Shown piece by piece: positions 53,255 through 64,000 of a stretch of 64,000 nt of DNA. The position numbers and the translations under genes are program-made. The DNA is from Eledone cirrhosa. Taxonomy: Eukaryota. Where the stretch lies: contig OZ024743.1 of NCBI GenBank assembly GCA_964016885.1, positions 146,568,001 through 146,632,000 of the forward strand, read 5' to 3'. Each line of letters opens with the position of its first letter. Position 1 is the stretch's first letter. The notes under the pieces were generated by a model. It worked only from the letters and a program-made list of their open reading frames with translations, was not told the origin of the DNA and did not search any database.

Positions 53255-55012
53255 CAACAGCAGCAACAAGCATTGGGTGTAGTAACATTAAATATATATA
53301 CTCTAATCTATTTCTCAAGCAACCAAGCCTGTATCTCTGACACAATAATCATGAGAAATATCCAGCTGACACTTTTCAGCTTTTCTTCTTTTCTCTTCAA
53401 AGAATAAAAACAAGAATAGAGTGGATATACCTTGTTTTACATAATTTTTATTTATTATTGTTATGTTTGTGAATGTTTCCATATTTGTTTTGGTCATTCC
53501 AACACTCTTATGTTCAGATGTAGAATACAGGCATCAAACAACCCAGTCAGCAATGGAAACTCCTCTCTTCCTTTTAGGTATAAAACTTCAGGGCTGGTAC
53601 TATTAAAATTAAGCTCAATGAAAAGTAGGTCTGAAAAAGTTGTAGAGGTGCTGGAGGAGGTGAGTAGATATGTGCTGTGTACAAGAGGTAAGATAGAGAG
53701 GAACCTCAGACAGGTTACTTGCAGGCAAAGAAAACCTGTATAAATTCTAGATTAATTGGAAGAGGTTGAGTAAGAATATTTTTGGCAGAGATATAGATAA
53801 AGTATTTTAGGTATTCAGAGTATGTAACAGAAAACTTAAACTTAAACTAGTGATGAGTAATATGACATCAACAGTTATCTCTGCATTTGAGCAAATCATT
53901 GTTTCTACAAGTCTCTTTTGCAGACTATTTGTATAACTAATAACACTGATCTAGTTATTGTTATTGGTGACTATAATCTACATGTTGGGCAACTAGCTCT
54001 TAGAATTCAGAAAACCAGCTAGCCACCTGATCACCTAGCAATCAGGTGTTTATGACAACCAGATAGATTCATAGTTTCTAGCGTGTTGACATCTCATCAC
54101 TACCATGACTACCAAGGTTATTTTCCAATTCAAGAAAGTGTTTAAATATAAGTTTGAAAGCAGAGGCAATGGAAAGTAGTTACAGCTAGATCCTGTCAAA
54201 TAAAATCTGCATACAGTTTAAATACACAGCAAGTCTTCAATTTCCAAATGGCTAAATGTCAGCAGAAGCACACTCAAGAGTCATGACCTGGATGCAGCCT
54301 GGCTCCCTTAGAGTATAATAAGTTAAGGCCCAAAACACTCGCTTGAGGGGTGCTTTCTTCTCTGAAGACCTTCTATTTCCAGCCCTTCTGAGAGTTTCTT
54401 ACCACTGGAGAAGATCCATCTCAGCCATGTAAGCTTCATAAAATGGGTTAGAATGATAATGATAATTATGAGATCCATATGTATCTTCAAGTAAAGCCCA
54501 TTTGTGTTATCTAATAACAACAACAACATGTGGCAAAGATATTTCTTTCTTTCTGGTGGAATTGCCTATTTACAGAACTGAACTTATAAAGTTTTCATGG
54601 CTATAGTTTCCTGTTCAATATATCACTGTTATATTTCTTGTGACTCTACCTGTGTTATGTGATATCTTAAAACAGAACTCCTATTCTTCCATTTTCAATC
54701 TTCTGTGATTTATGTTCCCTTAAAATCTCCATTTTTCTGATTTATATATCATATTTTACGTAATTCAAATAGATATAATGTTTTTGGATTTTTTAAAAAA
54801 GAATTTAAAAATCAAAACTTGAAATATTTCCATGAATAACAAAATTAGTTATTCTGAAATAATTCAAAATGCATATTTTCTTAAATGTGATTTGATTTGA
54901 AATATGAATTATATGAATCCAAGGCAGAATTATACAAAAGATGTAAATGGGATTATCAAAATGTCTAAAAGAGCCCAGCTAACATAGAAAAACATGCAAT
55001 AAAATGATATAG

Positions 55013-55350
55013 CTGCTGTTGCTGATGATGATGTTGGTGATGGTGATGATGATAATGATGGTGATGATGATGATGATAATGATGATAATGATGATGATGA
55101 TGAGGAGGAGGAGGAGGAGGAGGAAGGGAAGATGGAAGAGGAGGAGGAAGAGGAGGAGGAAGAGGAGAGGGAAGATGGAAGAGGAGATGGAAGAGGAGAG
55201 GGAAGAGGAAGAGGAAGAGGAAGAAGAGAGGGAAGAGGAAGTGAAAGTGAAAGATGAAGTGAAAGATGAAGAGGAGCAAGGGGAAGGGGAGGAAGGGGAA
55301 GGGGAAGAGGAAGAGGAAGAGGAAGAGGAAGGGGAAGAGGAGGTGGAAGT
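55013..55350. repeat. (GAT)n / (GAGGAA)n purine-rich low-complexity tract
   Basis: Directly visible. Confidence 0.95.
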
Positions 55351-55703
55351 AGGGAACAGATTATGTGGATGGTGATGACAAAGAGGATGATAACATTCAT
55401 AATGTTGATGAATAGGAGGTGAAAATTCCATTCCTTTATTCATCTATGACAGCAACTATTCCATCCTTCAATATTTTCGGCTTGTAATGTAACTAAGATT
55501 CCACCACACTTCACTCAAGTGTTTTCTCTAATTCCTCTACTGATTTACTCTTATCTCTAAATTATATCAAGTTGAAATGCTCAGCAACTGAATGCTGCAG
55601 CAATGTGTCAAACAATCCATTGAGAGAACTTCTTGGGAGTCTTTATGTGAGTGTTCAATTGGTTAGAAATAACAGTCATATGTCCCAAAACCCTACTTCT
55701 TAA

Positions 55704-55905
55704 CCCTTTAGCATTTACATGACTCTATTGTATTTTCATGGTAAACAGTTTATCTCACATAATTATCTCACATAATTATCTCACATAATATCGAATCTAT
55801 GAGATTTTGATATTGTTTATTTTGAGAAATACCAGTTTTGGCCGGTTTGAATAGAAAGAGGTAAGAGAATTCTGGTCGGATATAGCTGCTTTAAATACTA
55901 AAGGG
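55704..55905. mobile_element. piggyBac-type MITE with TTAA TSD
   Basis: TTAA-CCCTTTAGCATTTA ... TAAATACTAAAGGG-TTAA (13/14 TIR match), with internal TTATCTCACATAA x3. Confidence 0.8.
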
Positions 55906-57019
55906 TTAAAAAAAAAGGACATTATATAGTGCTGTGCAAGTTATTATATAATACTCAAAAATATACCTGGATAATCATAGCTGGAATACCTTTGATTATA
56001 GGTCTGCATGATAAGGGCTCATTTTTTCATTGTTTATGTATTTCAATTTTTTCAAATTATTATTACTGAAATTTGTATGCTGTTATTTTATAACTTAGTG
56101 TTCAAGTTAACCCTAATATAATGGTAAACAAATCTATATTGTATCCAGGGTTTCAGTAACCTTCGCTGCTTGTTAAATTCCACTTGTATTCGAATTTGGA
56201 ACTACCTGCTGATAAAGTCTCTAAAACCCCATAGACAAAGTAAAAATGGTTTCAAACATTAACATCAAAACAATAACTTAATACAAGTTGCATATCTAAG
56301 AATTTGTAAAATCAATGAGTCATGTGGTTACTTAATTTGCAAAGAAATAGCAGCCAAATTACCTTTAAAACACAGATTAGCATAATATAAAAAGGAAAAA
56401 CATTAGATAATGTAGTTCTATGCATTGCTCCCCAAAAGATGTGGTCATGGCTGGGATATCGTTGATCACAGTTCTGCCATTCTGCTTAGTCACAGTTGAT
56501 CTGGGATTAAAAAACAAACAAATAACTTTGTGACATTGAAGAAGGTGATGCAAAATGGTGTTAGGAAGGATATACTCCTGAAAAGTACAGTCACTCAAAA
56601 GAAAACTGGCAAAAGTCTAGATTTGCAAACTTGTTCAACACATCAGAAGTTATCAATCAAAATAATAAAATGAAATGAAAAATTCATAAGCACAAAGCCA
56701 GCAATTTGAAGGGGCGGGGGAATCGATTAAATCAATCCCAGTTCATTACTGGTGCTTTATTTATCAAACCCATAAGGATGAAAGGTGGGATTTGAACTCA
56801 GAAGGTAAAGGGCCGTAACTCTATGCCGCGAAGCATGGTGTCCAATGCTCTACTGATACTGCCAATCCACCACCAATAGCAAACAGAGAAATGGTCAGCC
56901 ATATTGTAAGCCAATATGTTAAGTTGTTGACACAGCAAGAGTACAAATGATGACATGATAATGTTGCCAGATATATCCATTGGATGATAGCTGAGAATAT
57001 AGGTTTGTCTGAGCAACTA

Positions 57020-57345
57020 AATGGTATGAGCAGAGACCAGAAGAAGAATTTAAACTTTTGTATGACTTCACCATTCAATGCGATACACTGATTGAGGCAA
57101 GAAGGCCAGACATTTTAGCTATGAACCAGAAGAAAAAAGAGGCCCAAATTATTGATATTTCTATCCCAGGAGATAGTAAAGTGAAGGATAAAGAGCACAA
57201 AAAGATGGAGAAGTATGAGCCACCGATGGAGGAGGCTGGAAAGTTGTTTGGGTGATCTGAACATCGGGATGCATATCGGACAATTTTGAGGACTGTGTAA
57301 ATAGAATTAGAATTGTTGTTGACTGTACCCCCAACTGAAATATCC
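57020..57345 (+). mobile_element. R4/Dong-like RLE domain fragment
   Basis: YDFTIQCDTLIEARRPDIL...IIDISIPGDSKVKDKEHKKMEKY. Confidence 0.75.
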
Positions 57346-57884
57346 AGATCATTTAACATCTATGTATTTGAGATTTACAAAAATGAACAACAATAACAAC
57401 AACAAAAGCAACGACAATAGCAACAACAACAACAACAATAATAATTGTTTCTACATTAAGCACAAGGCCTGTAATTTTTGGGGAGGGGACAGTCGATTAA
57501 ATCAACCCCAGTGCATTATTGGTGCTTTATTTTATCGACCCCGTAAGGATGAAAGGCAAAGCTAACCTCAGCGGAATTTGAACTCAGAACGTAAAGGGCC
57601 ATAACTTTATGCCGCAAAGCATGGCGTCTGATGCTCTACCGATTCTACCAATCCAACACCCTTAACAATAATAATAATTGTTTCTACTTTTGGCACAAGG
57701 CCAGCAAATTACCCAGTGCATTACTGGTACTTTATTTTATCGACCCCGTAAGGATGAAAGGCAAAGTTAACCTCGGCGGGATTTGAACTCAGATTGTAAA
57801 GGGCCGTAACTCTATGCATCAAAGCATGGCGTCCGACCCTCCACCAATACTGCCAATCCAACAATAATAATAATAATAATAACA

Positions 57885-60800
57885 ACAGTATGGATGACCT
57901 CAAGTTATATGGGAAAAAACATGAATGAGATAGATTCATTGGTCCAAACAGTAAGTATGGAATTTTAGATAGATAAATGTGCCAAACTTAAAATTGTGAG
58001 AGGAAAGAAGATCAGCTTAGAAGGTATTCAATTACCCAGCAATGAAGTTATTCATTCTTTGGAAGACAGAGAGGATTACAAGTACCTTGAAATACTTTGG
58101 AGTGACAAGGTACTTTGTAAGAAAATGAAGGTAAAAGTCACACAAGAATATTTCAGAAGAGTCAAGGTCATCCTGGGATTGCAGTTTAATGCTGGAAACA
58201 TGATAACAGCAATGAACTGTAGAGCTGGGTCTATAATAAGTGCTGGAATAATTGATTGGACTGTTGAAGAACATCATCATCATCATCATCATCATCATCG
58301 TTTAACATCTATCTTCCATACTAGCATGGGTTTAGATGGGAGTTGTCCCACTTGAGGCAAGATTGGTCGGGTGACCATGTCTCGCTCATATAGAACTGTT
58401 TCTGGCTGGTTTTCTACAGCTGGATGCCCTTCCTAACACAAACCACATTTACAGTGTGGACTGGGAGCTTTTTACCGTGGTACCTATATAGCCACATTAC
58501 AGCATGGACTGTGTTTTTTTGTCATGACACCTACATGACCTCATTAGTTTGGACTAGATGTTGTGGTACCAACATAATTTTATAGAGAAAGGGTGGTGTT
58601 GGCGGGAGTGGGAGGATGGAGTAGGGGTAGTGCGTTGGGGTGAATGTTTGGTTTGGAAGGAGCCCACTGACTAAAGGTTAACTTTGCACATAGGGAAGGC
58701 GGGTCTTCTGTATTACTCTGTGGCACCAAAGATCTCGATCCAGTGACATTGTCTTAGAGAGGTGCAAGTGTGCAAGGTCAGAATTTATCATGTCATCCCA
58801 GGTTTTTCTGGGTCTACCTACTCCGTAACTTCCATCAATTTTGATTGCCCTGCACTTTTTTATACAGCTGTCATCTTTCATGCACATCATGTGACCATAC
58901 CAACGGAGTTGCTGATTTTGTCACCCAGGTAACAGAAAGTGTCCACTATTTCTATTGAACCATCTGGGCAGTAGAGGGAGCTAGTATCCTGTGGGCACTT
59001 GCTACTTATTACACCTGAGCATCGGCCACATATAAAATCTACGTTCTTAGATAGCTTGCCTGTGATCCCACTACATCTTTTATGTACCCATAGTTTGCAT
59101 TTGGGGCATAGAATGGAATTTATACCTACTCCTTTCTTACATAATGAGCATGGCCATTTCCCAGAGGGCATCTGTGCCCTATTTTCCTTTCTACATACTA
59201 GAACTTTAGTCTTAGACAAGTTAACTTTAAGGCCTTTTGATTCTCGGCGATGCTTCAATGATTGGAATTTCTTCATTAGTTCAGCCATAGATTCAGCTAT
59301 GAGAGTTAGATAATCTGCATATAGAAGTTCCCATGGGCAGCCGGTCTTAAACTCCTCTGTTATAGCCTGAAGGGCAATAATAAACAGGAGGGGGCTAAGG
59401 ACAGCCTTGATGAACACCGACTTTTACGCTAAATTCTTCACTATATTCATTGTTAATTCTAACCTTGCTTTGCTGACTGTATCTTTATACATGGCTTGTA
59501 TAGCTCTCACAAGCCATTCATCTACTCCTAGCTTTCTAAGGGCCCACTAGATAATGGAGCGTGGGACTCTGTCAAAAGCTTTCTCCAAGTCAACTAAAGC
59601 TAAGTAGAGGGGTTTACTTTTAGCTAGGTACTTCTCTTGTAGTTGTCATACAAGGAAAAGAGCATCTGTGGTACTTTTACCTGACACAAACCCAAACTGC
59701 ATTTCATCTAGATCAATTCGATCTCTGATTAGTTGTGCTATAACTCATTCTGTCACCTTCATGACCTGGTCAACTAACTTAATGCCTCTATAGTTTCTCC
59801 TATCTAGAGCATCCCCTTTACCCTTGTAGCAGTTAACGATGATGCTGTTACACCAGTCCTTTGGTATGACCCCATTCTGTATTACTTGGTTTACTATCTG
59901 GTTGACCATAATATGTCCCATCATTCCAGATGCTTTCAACATCTCATCAACTATCTCCGAAGGCCCAGCCGCCTTGCCTGTCTTCATATATATTTGATTG
60001 CCTTACTTATTATACAACCACTAACTTGCACTGCTGGTCCCTCTGTATAGATCGGAAAACAAGAAAGAAGTTGAATATATATTAAGGCTTGCACGCCCAG
60101 GCTGATGTTGATCAACTCTATGAGAGAAGAGCAGAAGGTGCAAAAGGATGGATCAGTAGCGAGGAAATAGTTTCAGTTGAGAAAGTAAACTTGAGTGAGT
60201 ATCTTGGAAAATATCATGACCAGGTAATAAAGGAAGTCTTAAAGGAAAGGATCAATGATGGAAAGGGGGATTCAAAGAAAGCCAAAATAGCTACAGAACA
60301 GAAGGCCAGATTTGAAGCAAAATCATTGCACTGATCTTATGAAAAGGACGCAAGACATGCCAGAAAATATAAAGACACATGGACATGGTTACATAGAGGA
60401 TATCTGAAGAAGGAAACAGAGGGTCTGATTATGGCAGCTCAAGACCAGGTGATAAGGTCAATTGGATCAAAGTCAATGTGGATAAGGTGGTCACATCACC
60501 ATTTGTAGAATGTATGGAAAAGCGACTAGACAATTAATGATATAGTCACAGAATGCTCACAACTGGATCAGGATAAATATAAAAAAATGGAGGTATGATA
60601 AAGTGGCAGCAGTAATATATTGGTGACTATGGAAAAAGTTTGATTTTAATTATAGTGAAAAATAGTGTGACCACTTGGTTGCAAAAGAGATGAAAGTGTT
60701 GCAAAATGATAAAGTTAAAATTCTTTGGGATGTTACAATACAAACAGAAACAAGGTTGATCACAACAAACCAGATATAGTGTTGATAACCAAGAAAGAAA

Positions 60801-61095
60801 AGAAGTGATTTATTGTGTATGTAGCCTGCCCTTTTGACACAAGAATAAAGGATAAAGAAAAAGAGAAGAAAAACTCAAATATGAAATTTTGAAAGTATGG
60901 AAGAGTAAAGTAAATAAGATAATACTGGTACCAATAATTATAGGAGCACTAAGATGCAGAGCCAGATTTAATGGAGAGCAAAGGGGGTAATTTCTCTGGG
61001 ACCCTGCAGTGGGAAGCTCCACCAGCAATGGCCATAGCAATTTATTTGTACCCTCTGCTGAGATTTTTACTTTTATCCCTTTGACAAAGAGAAAT

Positions 61096-61129
<34 letters not shown>

Positions 61130-62075
61130 GGTTTAGCGTCCGTGTTCCACGCTTGCATGGGTTTGGACGGGGGTTTTCCCACTTGAGGCAAGAGTGGTTG
61201 TCTTGCTCGCATAGGACTGTCTGGCGGGTTTTCTACAGTTGGATGCCCTTCCTAACACCAACCACATTTACAGTGTGGGGCTGGGAGGTTTTTACCGTGT
61301 TGCCTACACGGCCACATTACAGCGTGGACTGTCTGGCGGGTTTTCAAATATATTTTTGACAAAAAGTATCTAATGTCCTTATTGAGGCAAACTTCATCAA
61401 CCCTTTTCAACTTTAGAGACATTAGTTTGTTATCAGAACAATATTCTAATAAAAAGTATTTGATGTTGTTGTTTAAAGTGGTTATGCTGTTATTGTAAAA
61501 AACAATGCACCCAGTAAACATTCCAAAGTGAGTAAACATTCCATGTTAGGAAGAGTATCCAGCTATAGAAACCATGTTAAATATGTAATGATGAGGTTGC
61601 TCTGATATATCTGGTTTTGGACTGCAACAACCTGTCCAACGCTGCCAGTGTGGAAAGGGGATGTAAAATGAGGATGGCTAGATTTTTTGAATTTAATACC
61701 TGTATGTATAACTTTTCAATTCCAATTATGTAAAATTCTAGATATGTAAAATTCAGTATTTCAGGCATATTCTATTTTTTTGTGTGTGTATGAGAAGCCC
61801 CTCAAAACTGAAGTCACCTCCACCAAGGTCTGAATCCGGTCCTGTATAACAGAAAATCTTGTTAAACATTTGCAGCAAATTGGGTTTGATCTTGGCCTAG
61901 AACCTATGCAAAAAGCATGCCTACTTGGTACTGCCAGGATAATCAGGAAAAGGGGGACATCACCTAGGAGAACAGAAACCAATTTTTATCATCTTAAGCT
62001 CTGAAATGGAGCCTGATGGTAAGAAGCACAATACCAGTTGTTAACATCAACACTATGAAAATAAATAATGATAAT
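57885..62075 (+). mobile_element. Decayed R4/Dong-like LINE in three pieces (57885-58270, 60046-60960, ~61845-62075)
   Basis: MDDLKLYGK..YKYL..AGIIDWT, then DRKTRK..LHAQADVDQLY..YLKKETEGLIMAAQDQ..ILWD..KPDIV..VACPFD..VPIIIGAL, then QKACLLGTARIIRK. Starts after (AAT)n. Confidence 0.75.
58273..60045 (-). mobile_element. Decayed 5'-truncated RTE LINE nested in the Dong-like element
   Basis: KTGKAAGPSEI, NYRGIKL, VLSPLLFII, LLYADY, RPRKTWDD, RTE 3' UTR and (ATG)n tail. Confidence 0.9.
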
Positions 62076-63130
62076 ATCATTTCTTCCTTTATTTATTTAA
62101 CATCATAATAATTGTTTCTACTTTAGGCACAAGGCCAGCAATTACCCAGTGCATTACTGGTACTTTATTTTATCACCCCGTAAGGATGAAAGGCAAAGTC
62201 AACCTCGGCGGGATTTGAACTCAGATCATAAAGGGACGTAACTATGCTGGAAAGCATGGCATCCGACCCTCTACCGATACTGCCAATCCACCGCCCTTTT
62301 AACATCATAATAATGGTTTCTACTATAGGCACAATGCCAGCAGTTTGGGGGAGGGGAAAGTTGATGAAATCAACCCCCAGTACATTACTGGTGCTTTATT
62401 ATATTGACCCAGGAATTTAACACCATAATAATAAAAATAGTATTACAATATCTGATTCTGTTACTCTTGTTATTTTGTAGAAGGTCATTCTAGATTGAGC
62501 AGACCTGTCATCAAAAGCATTCCAGTCATGACCATTCTCTCTGTATTTTCAGGCACAATATACAGGTTACAATACTCTATATATCCTTTTTTTTCAGAGT
62601 GTAGGATGTGGTTTGATGAAGATTTGACTTCTATTTCTTACAGCCCTTGTAGAGGTTTCCTCGTAGATGTATATTTGTTTGTTAGAAATCTGAGATGTTT
62701 ATGTTCCATCAACAACTCTTTGTTCTTTACATGTTCAACAGCATATTAACATGCTGAAAAATAAACTATTATTTGGAATAGTGCCACCTACCCTTTCAAC
62801 TAAGTTCATGTAAACATTTTGTGAATGGGGAAGCCCTTATTTTTTCCCCTGGCTGTGACTGACAACAACGTGCTTTAATTATTTTTACCTATTTAGGTAA
62901 ATACAATTAAACTTTTAACCACAAAGCAAACAAAAAGAGTAGTGCTTCCTAAGCTCTGAGGTGTGTGACATTTATTTCAAAGAATCAAGCTAGCAGTCAT
63001 TTTGGAAAGGAAGAATAATCAGTTTGCTTTATACACACAATCACACACACGTTTATATATATATGCCTAATATAATGTAATATGGATGTTTAAATATATA
63101 CATAGATACATACATACATACATACATATA

Positions 63131-63183
<53 letters not shown>

Positions 63184-63371
63184 CCTACATACATACACAT
63201 ATATATACAGGCATACATATATCTAATTAGATTTTTACTTTATTTCTTTTGAATTATTTCTTTCTTATATTTGTTTACTGTTTCCTTTCTTTTTGAAGTA
63301 CCTTCTTAATGCAATAAAAACATATTCTTTATTTCAAAAAGCTAATATAAACATGTAAGTGTGAGTATATT

Positions 63372-63408
<37 letters not shown>

Positions 63409-63468
63409 TCACATACAAACACACATATATGTGTATATATATATATATAAATATATATATATATTTAT

Positions 63469-63523
<55 letters not shown>

Positions 63524-64000
63524 TATATATATATAAATATATATATATGTGTATATATATATATATATATGTGTATATATATATATATATGTATATATAT
63601 ATGTATATATATATACATATATATACATATATATACATATATATACATATATATACATATATATATATATAGTATACACACACACACACATATATATATT
63701 TATATACACACATACACACACACATATATAAGTATGTATAAGTGTGTGTGTGTGTGTGTGTATGTGAGTGTGTGTGTTTGTGTATGTATATATGATTTGT
63801 TAGCAAGATCTATTGTGTTGGATCATGACAGTATTGACATTTTCATTTTAGCTTTTAGAAACAATGTTGTGTGAACAACAGTCCTTTTGTTCAACCGGAG
63901 ATACTCTATCAAAGAATTAAAACTAAATTATACCTACTGAACATTGAGAAATTCTAAATATCATTTCTTCCTATTTTATTTTCACGGTCTCACACCTCTT

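Noticed and set aside
53579-53659. Exon-like segment with TTTTAG acceptor and GTGAGT donor
   Set aside because: Phase 0, needed to follow the 47759-47823 exon, hits an immediate stop. No recognisable product.

Overview
AT-rich, microsatellite-dense animal genomic DNA, most likely an octopus or other cephalopod (inferred from the SINE/RTE repertoire). It appears largely intronic or intergenic. The only long intact ORF is ORF2 (APE-RT-CCHC) of a young L1/Tx1-type non-LTR retrotransposon (25791-29228), which sits with a second 3' copy in a (TATC)n microsatellite. Other repeats: decayed RTE-clade LINEs, an R4/Dong-like RLE LINE split by a nested RTE, many tRNA-derived SINEs, piggyBac- and mariner-type MITEs and a Helitron 3' end. 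A few small + strand exon candidates may encode a secreted or membrane protein N-terminus. The most striking hidden signal is a set of non-coding elements, mostly next to (TA)n tracts, that carry type I hammerhead ribozyme (HHR) folds. Two are ~530-550 nt partial-tandem units with 5' inversions, and in one the inversion begins exactly at the predicted self-cleavage site. There are also several more intact or decayed hammerheads, including a U3-A8 core variant, and fold-back palindromes centred on hammerhead stem II. This suggests a Penelope-related retrozyme-like system. All calls were made by eye, with no database searches or folding software.
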